A stretch of 64,000 nucleotides of DNA from an uncultured virus (IMG/VR IMGVR_UViG_3300037067_011375) (IMGVR_UViG_3300037067_011375:62001-126000), one strand, 5' to 3'; counted from the first letter of the stretch, positions 36,360 through 46,015 are shown. Notes: a model not told the origin generated them from the sequence alone. Numbers and translations are program-made.

Positions 36360-37872
36360 AGCCACAACCCCCACGTTCATCGCGGAGTTTCCCTTGGTCA
36401 CGACTCCTGATCAGGAGCGTGAACTTGCCATCAGGATGGAGATGGCCCGGCAGATCTACAACGCTGCCTTGGAAGAATCCCTCAGGATCCTGGATCTCAT
36501 GCGGGAGTCTCGGGCGTGGAAGCAGGCACGGAAGTTGAAGGGGAAAGATAGGACCGCGGCGTTCAAAGCAGCGGTTCAATCTTTTGGGTTCAACATCGGC
36601 ACAATCTATTTGTTTACGAAAACCTGCCGTAAGTCTTGCTGTATTCAAGACCATGTGGGAGCGGTGGAGGCACAAACCCTGAGTGACCGAGCGTTCAGCG
36701 CAGTTCAGCGCTATGGTTTCGGGAAGCAGGGTAGACCACGGTTCAAGGGTTACGGTAGACTTCATAGTGTTGAGGGAAAGAGCAACAAATGTGCCATTAT
36801 GTTGCGGGGCAACCAAATCCTGTGGATAGGGTTGACCCTGTCCTTAATGCTGGACCCCAAGTCAAACGAATGGCAAACCCAGGCGCTGGCCTGCAGGACC
36901 AAGTATTGCCGCATTGTTCGTCGGCGCATCAAAGGTCAGGATCGTTGGTTCTGCCAGTTGGTACAAGAAGGGCGTCCTCCCCAGGTTCATCAGGTAGGTG
37001 AAGGTTCCGTGGGGCTGGACATCGGGCCCAGCACGATCGCTGTTGTCAGCGACTCCGCCGCTAAAGTCCAGCAGTTTTGCCCGACGGTTCAAGAACCTTG
37101 GGCCGAGACCAGGGTGATCCAGCGGGCTCTGCGTAGAAGCAGAAAGGCTACAAATCCTAATCGGTACAACTCAGACGGCACGTATCAACGAGGACGCGGC
37201 CACTGGACCAAATCCACGCGGTATCGGAAATTACAGGTCAGATTGGTAGAACAGCAGCGAAAACTCTCTGCAGAGCGGCGTAGGGCACACGGCCAACTCT
37301 GCAACGAGATCTTGGCCCAAGGAAAGGAACTCAAAACCGAAAACATAAGCTATTTGGCTTTTCAAAAGAATTTTGGCCGAAGCATGAAAGTCCGGGCTCC
37401 TGGGATGTTCATGGCGCTGCTGACCCGCAAAGCCGAAAATGCTGGCGGGTCCATCACGTTGATCACGCCCAGGACCACAAAGTTGTCCCAGTACGACCAC
37501 ACTGTGGATCGGTACATCAAGAAACCATTGTCCCAAAGGATCCATTGCTTTGGCGACGGTGTTACTAAACCGGTTCAACGTGATCTTTACAGTGCTTTTC
37601 TGGCCAAACATTGTTCCAAGGATAACTTGGATGTCCGTCAGGTCCAACTGGCCTGGCCGGCTGCGAAACCGCTGCTGCGACGGGCGACATCCAAGTGGAA
37701 AGAATCTGCGAGCAGGAAGGCTTCGGCCATTCCTCACGATCATGATCGTCAGAGCGGATCGTCCGTCAAAGCCGACCCAGACCACGACGAGGCCCGGGAT
37801 GTTGTAGTGAGGACACCAGACTCACGAGAGCCCGGGAGAGCTGCGGTTAGGAAAGCAGAATCTCATGTTTAG
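36352..37872 (+). CDS. tnpB: Long (506 aa) TnpB-family nuclease lacking the canonical zinc-ribbon cysteines
   Basis: 'GRPRFKG', RuvC 'GLDIG', 'KTEN', 'QRDLYSA'; an RE-like hairpin at 37862-37879. Confidence 0.85.
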   Translation: MGRATTPTFIAEFPLVTTPDQERELAIRMEMARQIYNAALEESLRILDLMRESRAWKQARKLKGKDRTAAFKAAVQSFGFNIGTIYLFTKTCRKSCCIQDHVGAVEAQTLSDRAFSAVQRYGFGKQGRPRFKGYGRLHSVEGKSNKCAIMLRGNQILWIGLTLSLMLDPKSNEWQTQALACRTKYCRIVRRRIKGQDRWFCQLVQEGRPPQVHQVGEGSVGLDIGPSTIAVVSDSAAKVQQFCPTVQEPWAETRVIQRALRRSRKATNPNRYNSDGTYQRGRGHWTKSTRYRKLQVRLVEQQRKLSAERRRAHGQLCNEILAQGKELKTENISYLAFQKNFGRSMKVRAPGMFMALLTRKAENAGGSITLITPRTTKLSQYDHTVDRYIKKPLSQRIHCFGDGVTKPVQRDLYSAFLAKHCSKDNLDVRQVQLAWPAAKPLLRRATSKWKESASRKASAIPHDHDRQSGSSVKADPDHDEARDVVVRTPDSREPGRAAVRKAESHV

Positions 37873-38036
37873 GCATGGGAAGGTCTGGCTAAAGGAAGTC
37901 GAGCGTCATCTTTTCAGAAGCCAAAAAGGCCAAGGCCGACGCGACCGTCCTGGCTAACCTAGCCCTGGTGCTCGCGGAAGCCGAACAGCACTTGGCCGAC
38001 GCTTCCGTGATGGAGCCGGCCGAGTAAAATAAAGTA

Positions 38037-38065
38037 TTGACAAGGTCAATACCCTGTACTATAAA
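38037..38065 (+). promoter_or_regulatory. sigma70 early promoter
   Basis: TTGACA-17-TATAAA followed by a GAGGAG RBS. Confidence 0.75.
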
Positions 38066-38086
38066 GACTGTAGAGGAGACAGCGTC

Positions 38087-38701
38087 ATGACCACGAAAAT
38101 CAAGACCACCAGGCACCCTGACGGATTCACCGCCTACGAGATCGCTGGCCTGATGGAGATGGCCCAGCGGTACCTGTACCTCCGGGAAAACCTGAGCCGT
38201 ACCCACGACATGATGGTCTCGGCCGACAGCATGGTGGCCAAGGGCCTGGACCTCCCCGAAGCCCTGAAGCCCGAGCGACTGCTCAAGGGCATCGCATACT
38301 ACATCAGCACGGCGTTCAACCCGGATCGCTGTCTGTGCAGTTGCAAGGGTATGTACTTCTGCGACCTGTCTGCTGGCCACCCTGGTCCCCACAAGGATGA
38401 TACCTTCCAGTGGGACCACGATTATGATGCAGGCGTCGCCGGCGAGATCAAGGAGTTGGAGGTCCTGGACCACGACGAAATCCAGCGGGAAATCGGCATC
38501 AGGGTCATCTACGACTCGGTGGACCACCACCACGAAGCCCGTCGGTTCAAGACCATGAAGGCGGCCCAGCGGTTTGCCCACCGGTGGGTCGGGACCACGC
38601 CGGAAATCGGCACTGATTATGCTGTGAGCCCCGACGGTATCGGGCGCATCACCTGCGAGGGATGCGACGTCTACACGTTGTTTCCCGACGTGGCGAGGTA
38701 G
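38087..38701 (+). CDS. Hypothetical early protein
   Basis: First gene after the promoter; good RBS. Confidence 0.7.
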   Translation: MTTKIKTTRHPDGFTAYEIAGLMEMAQRYLYLRENLSRTHDMMVSADSMVAKGLDLPEALKPERLLKGIAYYISTAFNPDRCLCSCKGMYFCDLSAGHPGPHKDDTFQWDHDYDAGVAGEIKELEVLDHDEIQREIGIRVIYDSVDHHHEARRFKTMKAAQRFAHRWVGTTPEIGTDYAVSPDGIGRITCEGCDVYTLFPDVAR

Positions 38702-38705
38702 TGTC

Positions 38706-38960
38706 ATGAACAAGACCAAGGTCAAGATCGAGAAGGCCCTGGTGGACGCAAAATTCATCAAGGTGGAGCCGGACTTCTGGGCGCTGTTCCCTTACGGGCC
38801 GGACACCCGACCGTGGACCCGCCGAGACGTCAGGGAGTCCAGCGCCATCGCGGCCGAGTACCACGCGGGCGAATGGAAGGTCATCCGGGGGCTCCAGAGC
38901 GTCGCGATCAACAAACCACAAGATGTCCAGGTAGCCGTGGACCTTCTGTGCGGAAAGTAG
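38706..38960 (+). CDS. Hypothetical protein
   Basis: Tightly packed ORF with GAGG RBS. Confidence 0.6.
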   Translation: MNKTKVKIEKALVDAKFIKVEPDFWALFPYGPDTRPWTRRDVRESSAIAAEYHAGEWKVIRGLQSVAINKPQDVQVAVDLLCGK

Positions 38961-38968
38961 GAAGTGCC

Positions 38969-39196
38969 GTGAGCAAACCCACACGACATTACCATCGGAT
39001 TTTCAAGGAAGCGGAAGTCACGGCCTACTACGTGCCCCCGCCCTTGGAAGCACACTGTTATGTTCAAATTTGCAGATGCGGGGCATGGCGTTGCCGCTGG
39101 CAGCCCGCCTTAAAGGATGATGGTCGGGTATGGGTTTCAAAGGACGAGCAGGACCCGTTTGTTCAGACCGCCATCAATAGTCTTCTAGGAAAGTGA
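38969..39196 (+). CDS. Hypothetical protein
   Basis: GTG start after AGGAAG; contains CRCG. Confidence 0.5.
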   Translation: MSKPTRHYHRIFKEAEVTAYYVPPPLEAHCYVQICRCGAWRCRWQPALKDDGRVWVSKDEQDPFVQTAINSLLGK

Positions 39197-39203
39197 GGAC
39201 GCT

Positions 39204-39884
39204 ATGTACGAGTGGCAATACTGCGCCGTCGACACCAACGCCCAGAAGTATTTCCCGTGGACCAGCCAGCGCCGCCAGGCCATCCGGGACTTGCTGGACT
39301 GGGTCTGGGACCAGCCCAATCGCGTCCGTGGCGAGCGCGTCGCCCACATCGCCGTGAAGGACTGCTACGTGGAACGTCGCTGGACCGACCAGGGCGACCC
39401 CGAGGGAGATCCGGAGGGTAGCGTCGGAGAAGCCATGTGGTACGCCCAGTACCACGGGTGGGTGGACCGACAGGGTCGTTGGGTGGACCCTCAGGACCCT
39501 CCTGGCCACAAGGACTCGCTCTGGCTGGACGACGGTAGAGCCCCGAGCGAGTGGGAGCGTGGGCTTTCGTGTAGCCAGGAAGACCGTGACGCCAGCGAGT
39601 GGGTCTGGGTCATGACCATCGACGAGGCCAAGACAGCTTTGCAGTCCGGCCGCTACCGTTACGTGTCCTTGGACTGGTCGCTGGAGTCCACGGATCCTGA
39701 CCACACCGGTACCGACCTGGCCAAGTGGATCCTCCAGGAAGCGGAGGCTGGGCGACTACCACGTCTCAAGTGGTACGTGCATTCGGGTCTCTCGTCTGGT
39801 CGGGCAGAAATGCGCCCGTACCTGAAGGCCGCGGACCAGAGTTGGGCGGCCCGAGAAAAGGTGCAAAATCATGACGCCAAGTGA
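39204..39884 (+). CDS. Protein with a C-terminal cyclic-phosphate-processing receiver-like domain
   Basis: 'LWLDD.R.P', 'VSLDWSL...TGTDLAKW', 'VHSG..GRAEM'. Confidence 0.65.
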   Translation: MYEWQYCAVDTNAQKYFPWTSQRRQAIRDLLDWVWDQPNRVRGERVAHIAVKDCYVERRWTDQGDPEGDPEGSVGEAMWYAQYHGWVDRQGRWVDPQDPPGHKDSLWLDDGRAPSEWERGLSCSQEDRDASEWVWVMTIDEAKTALQSGRYRYVSLDWSLESTDPDHTGTDLAKWILQEAEAGRLPRLKWYVHSGLSSGRAEMRPYLKAADQSWAAREKVQNHDAK

Positions 39885-40146
39885 AGCCATTGCCAAGATG
39901 TTCCAGATCCACATGAAGGCCGAGGATGACCTCCGGGCTGTCCTGGACCAGTACAACGCCGAGCACAGAACCATCATTCCGGTGGAACGGCTCTGCTACG
40001 ACGCCATGGTGGAGAACCAGCTGGGTCATACCACCGACATCATTCCCAGGAGTGTGTTCTGCCATTACTACTCGGCGGTCGAGTGGGCGGCCAACTGTCA
40101 CTATTACCGGGCCAAGGACCTTGAAGCCCAGGGTAAGGGGAAGTAG
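39871..40146 (+). CDS. Hypothetical protein
   Basis: Overlapping, tightly packed ORF. Confidence 0.55.
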   Translation: MTPSEAIAKMFQIHMKAEDDLRAVLDQYNAEHRTIIPVERLCYDAMVENQLGHTTDIIPRSVFCHYYSAVEWAANCHYYRAKDLEAQGKGK

Positions 40147-40147
40147 T

Positions 40148-40546
40148 ATGACCGCCATCAGGACCAGGACCATGAGAAAGCGCTGTATGCTGTGCACAGC
40201 CCAACACGAGGGCGAGATCGGGGATCCTTACTGCCCCGAGTGCGGGCTGCTGTGTCGTGGTTTCGAGGCCCTGGCCCACCAGGACCCTGGGGCTGCACTG
40301 GACTGGCTCGCCACCATGGAACACTGTTACGGGCTGGCCCAGCAGTGCAGGGAACTCCCGCCTTGCCAGCCAGAACTCACGGCGCTGTTTGACGGACTGC
40401 TCCATCGTGGTCTGGCCAGCACGGGCCCCATGAAGGACTTCATCGAGGCGTACTGCCAGTACCTTCAGGACGGCGAACACCTGCTGTCCGAGGAACAGAA
40501 GCAGGACCGTGCCCATGACAGGGTCGTGGCCCTGTTCGGGGGCTGA
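40148..40546 (+). CDS. Hypothetical zinc-finger protein
   Basis: CMLC...CPEC. Confidence 0.55.
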   Translation: MTAIRTRTMRKRCMLCTAQHEGEIGDPYCPECGLLCRGFEALAHQDPGAALDWLATMEHCYGLAQQCRELPPCQPELTALFDGLLHRGLASTGPMKDFIEAYCQYLQDGEHLLSEEQKQDRAHDRVVALFGG

Positions 40547-40548
40547 TC

Positions 40549-40995
40549 GTGGTGACGATCCGGCATTATCAGGACCACTGGGCCCTGCAGGGGCGAGAGA
40601 ATACCCGCAATCTATGGGACGGGGACGTTGCCCCGGACCCGCGGCTTCCCAGGGCGGCCCAGCGTTTCTGGCGCCAGGTGCATTTTCCACCGCGGTGTAA
40701 CGGTGGTGTCGTGGCTCGTGACCATAGTGAAATCATAGGGATTTGCCGGTACGAAATCGTCAGTGACGCCCCCCGTTGTCGTGGCCAGGTGATCTTAGAG
40801 ATGGCGGGCACCTGGATAGCTCGCCAATATCGTCGAGATGGTCTCGCCACCCGAATGTGGCGCTTGATTTTTCGGAAACTTCCGAAAGACACCAAAGTGC
40901 ACTGCGTGGTTGCCACGTGGAGCGGCGCCCGCTTCGTGACCCGTTTAGCCCAGCAGTACCCCCATCTGCATTTTCAGGTTTCTCACGGTTATTGA
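40549..40995 (+). CDS. GNAT-like acetyltransferase
   Basis: 'GTWIARQYRRDGLATRMW' motif A. Confidence 0.6.
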   Translation: MVTIRHYQDHWALQGRENTRNLWDGDVAPDPRLPRAAQRFWRQVHFPPRCNGGVVARDHSEIIGICRYEIVSDAPRCRGQVILEMAGTWIARQYRRDGLATRMWRLIFRKLPKDTKVHCVVATWSGARFVTRLAQQYPHLHFQVSHGY

Positions 40996-41015
40996 CCCCT
41001 CCGCCCATTTCTCCC

Positions 41016-41033
41016 CACGTTAATCTTTAGTGG
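41016..41033 (+). promoter_or_regulatory. Phage-specific promoter motif copy (CACGTTAATCTTTAGTGG)
   Basis: Intergenic copy at the head of the 41-56 kb structural/lysis block. Confidence 0.7.
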
Positions 41034-41078
41034 AATCCTAGTCCAGCCGGATCAACGGCGTGGGAAATGGTGTAGCCT

Positions 41079-42623
41079 ATGTCTATTGCGCAGTTTTCGC
41101 AATTTCGCGATTTTCTCGCGTTGGTCGTCCAGGACACTGATGTCGTGCGGAAAAATCAGGTCCTCCAGGACTCCACCTACATGGAGACCTTGCTGGCCCG
41201 GATCGAGGCCCTGACCCCCGACATTACCCTGAAGTCCACGTACGCCGACGCGATTTCTCAAATGGGCGTCGTGAAGGTTGACGATTCAGCCCGAACGATC
41301 AATTTCGTGCCCCTGGGGTTCGAGACCAAACTGTCTCGCTACCGCGAGGGCGTCGCCACGGCCCCGAATTACCTGTGGGCCAGGACCACGACTTCTGCTG
41401 ATCGGGTCCGCTACCTCTTGGCCGACTGGTCCGACACGGTCACGGGTAATGGGGTCCTGCTGCTCAACGAGCAGTTGGAAGTGTTGCGCCGATTCCCGCA
41501 TTTTGGCTCCTTGCCCGCGACCCCTGATTTCCAATACGAAGAAGCTTCTTGCGCCATCACCTTTACGGTCGGGGACGCTGAATATATCGCGATTGCGTGC
41601 AACAGCCACCACATCGTCCAGATTTACGCCTGGGCGGCCCCGTACGGCCATGTCGCGACCATCGGGACCATCGACACCCCTGGGGCCAACGCCACGACCC
41701 TGACGAGTCCCACTAGCTTGGCGTTCAACTCCGCGACCTCCATGCTGTACATCGGGTGCCCCACGGGCCAGCCGGCCGGCGCAACCGCAGCCAACGGATT
41801 TGTGGCCGCGTGGGACCTGACTATTCCTGGTACCCCGGTGTTTTCCGCGATCCCCTGGTTCTACAGCGGCACCGGTTCCCTGCTGGACTCCCAGGTCCAC
41901 ACGCCTACAAGTCTGTACCACGACGGTACCTACTTGTGGATCGTCAATGGTAATGATTCGACCGTCGGGGCATTTTCCACCACGGGAAATCTCCCGCCTT
42001 GCCAACGGTTCCTTGAAGCCCAGGGACCAGGATACCAACTGCGGTCGCCCCGACAAGTCTGGGTCCAGGCAATTTCTGGTGGCTACGGTCGCGTCTACGT
42101 GGCCAACTCGGCCACCGGGGTCATCGACGAGTTCGACGGCGTAACTTTCGAGCACCTCCACAGCTACGGGATCCGGGCCAGTGAAGATGGGCTCAATGCC
42201 TACACGCGACTGTCCCCCTATACCTATGGTGCCCTGGGGCAACCCGTGGGGGTTGCTTGGGACCAAGTGGTGATTGGCGACCAGACCACCAATGTCCTGG
42301 TCGTGGCCGATGCGGCCAACGGACGGCTTCACCGATTTAACCTCGACGCCTACCAAACCGACAATTTCGTGAATTTCGCAGAAGTGGAGTTTGGGGTTCC
42401 TGTGGAGTTGACCGGTTGGAGTTTGGACGGAACCGTCCCGATCAATCTCGTGAAAGTATACTACAGGACCGCCGCCACCCAACAGTTTCGTGAGTTGTCC
42501 CAGGATGCCACGACCCCAGCGGCCAAGACATTCCAGTTCCGGGTTCAGTTCCACCTGGACACCGAACAGTTCGTCGCGGCCTGGTGGTTCAAAAATCTCA
42601 CGATTTCTGGGAAACAGGTTTAA
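41079..42623 (+). CDS. Beta-propeller (NHL-like) virion protein
   Basis: Repeated 'PTSLA', 'PRQVWV..VYVANS' and 'PVGVA..VVADAANGRL' blades. Confidence 0.65.
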   Translation: MSIAQFSQFRDFLALVVQDTDVVRKNQVLQDSTYMETLLARIEALTPDITLKSTYADAISQMGVVKVDDSARTINFVPLGFETKLSRYREGVATAPNYLWARTTTSADRVRYLLADWSDTVTGNGVLLLNEQLEVLRRFPHFGSLPATPDFQYEEASCAITFTVGDAEYIAIACNSHHIVQIYAWAAPYGHVATIGTIDTPGANATTLTSPTSLAFNSATSMLYIGCPTGQPAGATAANGFVAAWDLTIPGTPVFSAIPWFYSGTGSLLDSQVHTPTSLYHDGTYLWIVNGNDSTVGAFSTTGNLPPCQRFLEAQGPGYQLRSPRQVWVQAISGGYGRVYVANSATGVIDEFDGVTFEHLHSYGIRASEDGLNAYTRLSPYTYGALGQPVGVAWDQVVIGDQTTNVLVVADAANGRLHRFNLDAYQTDNFVNFAEVEFGVPVELTGWSLDGTVPINLVKVYYRTAATQQFRELSQDATTPAAKTFQFRVQFHLDTEQFVAAWWFKNLTISGKQV

Positions 42624-42625
42624 AG

Positions 42626-42895
42626 ATGCTCCAGTACAAACCCCTGGCCCACCCTGACCTGGAAATCGCGGTCGTGACCACCGAAACCGATGGGGTCGTG
42701 ACCGCCTTGACGATTTATTTCCGCACTTTTGTCTCCTTGGTGGACCCCGTCACCTACGCTTCAGACCTGGACCAGGAAATCATTAGTGAGGCTGGCATCG
42801 CTGAATCCGCAGTCCTGAGTGACTTCCACCTGTCCTCCCAGGAAACTCGCGGCACCCAGTACCATTATTGCGTGACCGCCGTGGTCACGGTCTAA
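42626..42895 (+). CDS. Small structural protein, paralogous to the N-terminus of the next gene
   Basis: 'VDPVTYASD..QEIISEAGI...QYHYCVT' vs 'VDPAGYVSG..AEILAKAGL...YQYYLT'. Confidence 0.6.
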   Translation: MLQYKPLAHPDLEIAVVTTETDGVVTALTIYFRTFVSLVDPVTYASDLDQEIISEAGIAESAVLSDFHLSSQETRGTQYHYCVTAVVTV

Positions 42896-42897
42896 CA

Positions 42898-44013
42898 ATG
42901 CCCATCACGATCACGTCGTCGGTCCAGACGGAATTACAGCAGTGGCACTGTTCGGTGGTCCTGACGGCCCAGTCGGCCATCGTGGACCCCGCTGGCTACG
43001 TTTCGGGTTCCGCCACGGTCCAGGCCGAGATTTTGGCCAAGGCTGGGCTGGATGCTGACCTCGTCTACGTGGCCACGACCCTAACGTCGACCGCGACCAT
43101 TGGCTACACCTACCAATACTACCTGACGGTGGTGTTCGGGTCGTCTGCATTGACCGGTGGCGGCCACACCCACGATTGCGACACCGTTGACTACCCGTTG
43201 CAGTGCGGCTACACCGCTGGCCCCACGGTCAACCTGGACGCTACCCTCGGGGCCGTCATTTTCAAACGACCCACCACGCCTGACATCACGATGTTTGCCG
43301 TGCAGGCCGGGACCAATAATCTGTTTCGGGTTGGCCCTGGTACTGAAATTCGGTTCGGTGGTCACTTCGATTTTTATCCTGACGCCACCTACGACGTCGG
43401 GACCGTTGACGCTGGGGTCACGCTTCATCGGCCTCGCGACGTAAGAATCAGTCGGGACCTGTACGCGGGCGGTATTGGTCAGTTCGGCAGCTACGGAAGT
43501 TTTGGTGGTTACGTCCAGGCCACCCATGATCGTTTGGTTGCCCAGGCGGTTAACCCCACGACCGACGCGGCAGTTCGCCACCTGTACGTCAACTCGGTGG
43601 ACAACTCGTTACGCTGGTGGGATGGCACTACTGAACATATTATCGGGGTGGCGTCGGGATCTGACACAGTTGGCCTGTGGAACTGCAGTACCTTGGTGCA
43701 GGAACGCGACATCGTGTTTTGCGATGCAGCTGACCATGTTGATCGTGCATCGGCCGCGACGTTGACTGGCCGGACTGTCGTGGGGATCTGCGCGGCCAAG
43801 TTATCGTCCACGACTGCGTTGATCCGTTATTCCGGCGAAACCACCGGGTACACCGGTCTAATGCCCGGCGCCGCTTATTACGTGGGCGTTGGGGCCGGAA
43901 CCATGCAGCAAGGGATCGGTGGTTTTATCGAAGGCTACACAGTGGTCCGGGTTGGCACCGCCAAGAATACCACCACACTGGTTCAATTCAATGGTGAACC
44001 CCGCGTCTACTAA
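42898..44013 (+). CDS. Virion structural protein (fibre/decoration-like)
   Basis: C-terminal 'VVGIC...G...GLMPGAAYYV...VGTA' beta domain. Confidence 0.55.
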   Translation: MPITITSSVQTELQQWHCSVVLTAQSAIVDPAGYVSGSATVQAEILAKAGLDADLVYVATTLTSTATIGYTYQYYLTVVFGSSALTGGGHTHDCDTVDYPLQCGYTAGPTVNLDATLGAVIFKRPTTPDITMFAVQAGTNNLFRVGPGTEIRFGGHFDFYPDATYDVGTVDAGVTLHRPRDVRISRDLYAGGIGQFGSYGSFGGYVQATHDRLVAQAVNPTTDAAVRHLYVNSVDNSLRWWDGTTEHIIGVASGSDTVGLWNCSTLVQERDIVFCDAADHVDRASAATLTGRTVVGICAAKLSSTTALIRYSGETTGYTGLMPGAAYYVGVGAGTMQQGIGGFIEGYTVVRVGTAKNTTTLVQFNGEPRVY

Positions 44014-44025
44014 ATAGGGATCAGC

Positions 44026-44934
44026 ATGGCATACACGACTTACCGCAGCATTTTGATCTCTGGGGCTACCGCTACAGCCAGGTGTAGGTTGCTCGCCTGG
44101 ACCCTCAAGGATAAGTTGGTCGCACAAGGCTGGGCGGTCCAGGGTTCAAGCGACGGCGTCACTGTCGTGGCTGACTATATGGACGCGGCAGACCGCTGGG
44201 TTACTGCTGTTAGCCTGAATAACTCGGCTTGGATTTGTCTGCAAAATGCCGCCGTTGAAACTGCCGAAATCGTCATCCAGGTAACTGGTGAATCTCTGTA
44301 CTGCTGGCGATCTGATACAGGTGGCTATGGTGCTGGCCAGGGTGCTGGTCTTCTGACTCGTGTGGGAACTTCCGCACCTCCGGCCGATGAGCTTCAGGTC
44401 CACGGGACCAACGTGACGGCTGGTTTGGGGTACGACCACTACACCAACATCGCGGCAGACGACACGTCATTTATTTTGTTTTCCAAGCTCGGGGTCGTAG
44501 CAGGCCAAGCTCTCGCGTGTGTCAAACTCACAGGGTCTAAGGTTGGGGATATCAGACCTTACTGGAGTTACCTGAACTTTCTCGACGCCGCCGAAGTTTG
44601 GGACGTGGCTTCTTTGTCCACTGCCCCAGCAGGTGGTTTTCCGCGATCGTGGCATCCAGCCGGTGGTACCCAAACGTACCGCCTGACTGACCTCTATGCT
44701 GGGGGCTCGTTCATGGGGGCCATGGGGGCGGATCCATACACCGGGAAGTTCCCCATGATCGAGACTTTAGCGGTCTGCACCGATGCGCCCTACCAGCATA
44801 TCCGTGGGGTGGTGACGGGCATTTATCGCACCTCAGGGATCCGGTCTCTGGGCGACCTGTACAACACCGGCGACTACGTGCAGATTGGCAACTATGCGGT
44901 TCCCTGGGGGTCCGTTAGCGACCCATTGGTGTAG
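44026..44934 (+). CDS. Virion structural protein, paralog A
   Basis: Similar along its length to 45050..45994 (GD..PYWSY, WHP..G, H.RG, IG.YAVPW). Confidence 0.6.
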   Translation: MAYTTYRSILISGATATARCRLLAWTLKDKLVAQGWAVQGSSDGVTVVADYMDAADRWVTAVSLNNSAWICLQNAAVETAEIVIQVTGESLYCWRSDTGGYGAGQGAGLLTRVGTSAPPADELQVHGTNVTAGLGYDHYTNIAADDTSFILFSKLGVVAGQALACVKLTGSKVGDIRPYWSYLNFLDAAEVWDVASLSTAPAGGFPRSWHPAGGTQTYRLTDLYAGGSFMGAMGADPYTGKFPMIETLAVCTDAPYQHIRGVVTGIYRTSGIRSLGDLYNTGDYVQIGNYAVPWGSVSDPLV

Positions 44935-44936
44935 CA

Positions 44937-45047
44937 ATGGCCGACTACGACACAATAGATTTGATTCCATTGGCTCCTGACGAGGATGCAGCACCTCTGT
45001 GGGATGCGGTGGATAAGTTTGACACCGGAACCGACGAGGGCGTATAA
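44937..45047 (+). CDS. Small acidic protein (36 aa)
   Basis: MADYDTIDLIPLAPDEDAAPLWDAVDKFDTGTDEGV*; exactly fills the gap. Confidence 0.5.
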   Translation: MADYDTIDLIPLAPDEDAAPLWDAVDKFDTGTDEGV

Positions 45048-45049
45048 CT

Positions 45050-45994
45050 ATGGCAACTTGGGCAACTATCCGCAATACTACATTAACGGGGGCAACCGGC
45101 ACCATCAGGGCCTCCAGGTTTCTGGCGTTCATCGACGAGTATTTGGTCACGACCGCAGGTTGGACGCGAGTCGGGAGTGGAGGCGGAACAGGCAGCGGTC
45201 TTTACCAGTGGGGAGCCGCTAAGGTACTCCCGACGTTCGCGGCTTCCCCAGGTTCCATGGCGACGTTGGCCTGGGGTCTTTACCAGAATGCTTCTGGTGC
45301 CCAGGTTTTATTCCAGTGTTCCACACAGTACTGTCATATGCAAGTAACACCCACGGGCGGTTTCGTTGTTGGTCCGTCTGCTGAGGATATCCTGCCCACC
45401 GCCCCGGCCGACATCATGGTGTTCACGACCTCCACGAGCTACACGAACATCGGGGCCAACGCAGACCAAAAATTCACGTTTGCCTACACGACAGACCACA
45501 ATTCGTTTATTTTTTACGGCAAAGCACCGGGTGGTACCGATAATGTCGCCTACGCGGTCGTCAAGCTCGAAGACTACAAAGCTGGTGACCTCCAACCCTA
45601 CTGGAGCTACTGCAACACGCACAGTGGGGCGGATATGTGGACCGTGACGTTTCTTTCCACCACCGTGACGGCCGACACCTGCTTGGGCTGGCATCCCACC
45701 ACCGGCAAAAAACAATATGGGGTGATCAATCCTACCTGTTTGGGCGGCGGGGTTGATCTGTTTTTGAACATGCCGGTGGACCCAGTAAGCGGTAATCATC
45801 AAAAATTGGAAATGCTTTGTGCTTGCACCATAGCCGGCAGCGTACATCTTCGTGGTAAGGTTCCCGGTCTATACCGAGTGTCCGATGCGTTGGCCACTGG
45901 GGATCGATTGAGCCTATCAGGTGGTGTGTACGAACAAATTGTAATCGGTGACTATGCTGTACCGTGGATGTCCAGCGATTCCATGTCGTGGTAA
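45050..45994 (+). CDS. Virion structural protein, paralog A'
   Basis: Paralog of 44026..44934. Confidence 0.6.
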   Translation: MATWATIRNTTLTGATGTIRASRFLAFIDEYLVTTAGWTRVGSGGGTGSGLYQWGAAKVLPTFAASPGSMATLAWGLYQNASGAQVLFQCSTQYCHMQVTPTGGFVVGPSAEDILPTAPADIMVFTTSTSYTNIGANADQKFTFAYTTDHNSFIFYGKAPGGTDNVAYAVVKLEDYKAGDLQPYWSYCNTHSGADMWTVTFLSTTVTADTCLGWHPTTGKKQYGVINPTCLGGGVDLFLNMPVDPVSGNHQKLEMLCACTIAGSVHLRGKVPGLYRVSDALATGDRLSLSGGVYEQIVIGDYAVPWMSSDSMSW

Positions 45995-46015
45995 TGTAGC
46001 ACCCGTGTCACCGGC

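Noticed and set aside
36123..37908. Imperfect inverted similarity (AAAGGAAG...AGCG) flanking the RHH-tnpB operon as terminal repeats or a self-target
   Set aside because: Short, gapped and low-complexity purine-rich match; likely chance.
37892..38026. Ala-rich reading frame after the third tnpB
   Set aside because: No start codon or RBS; possibly a gene remnant, but I could not match a 5' half.
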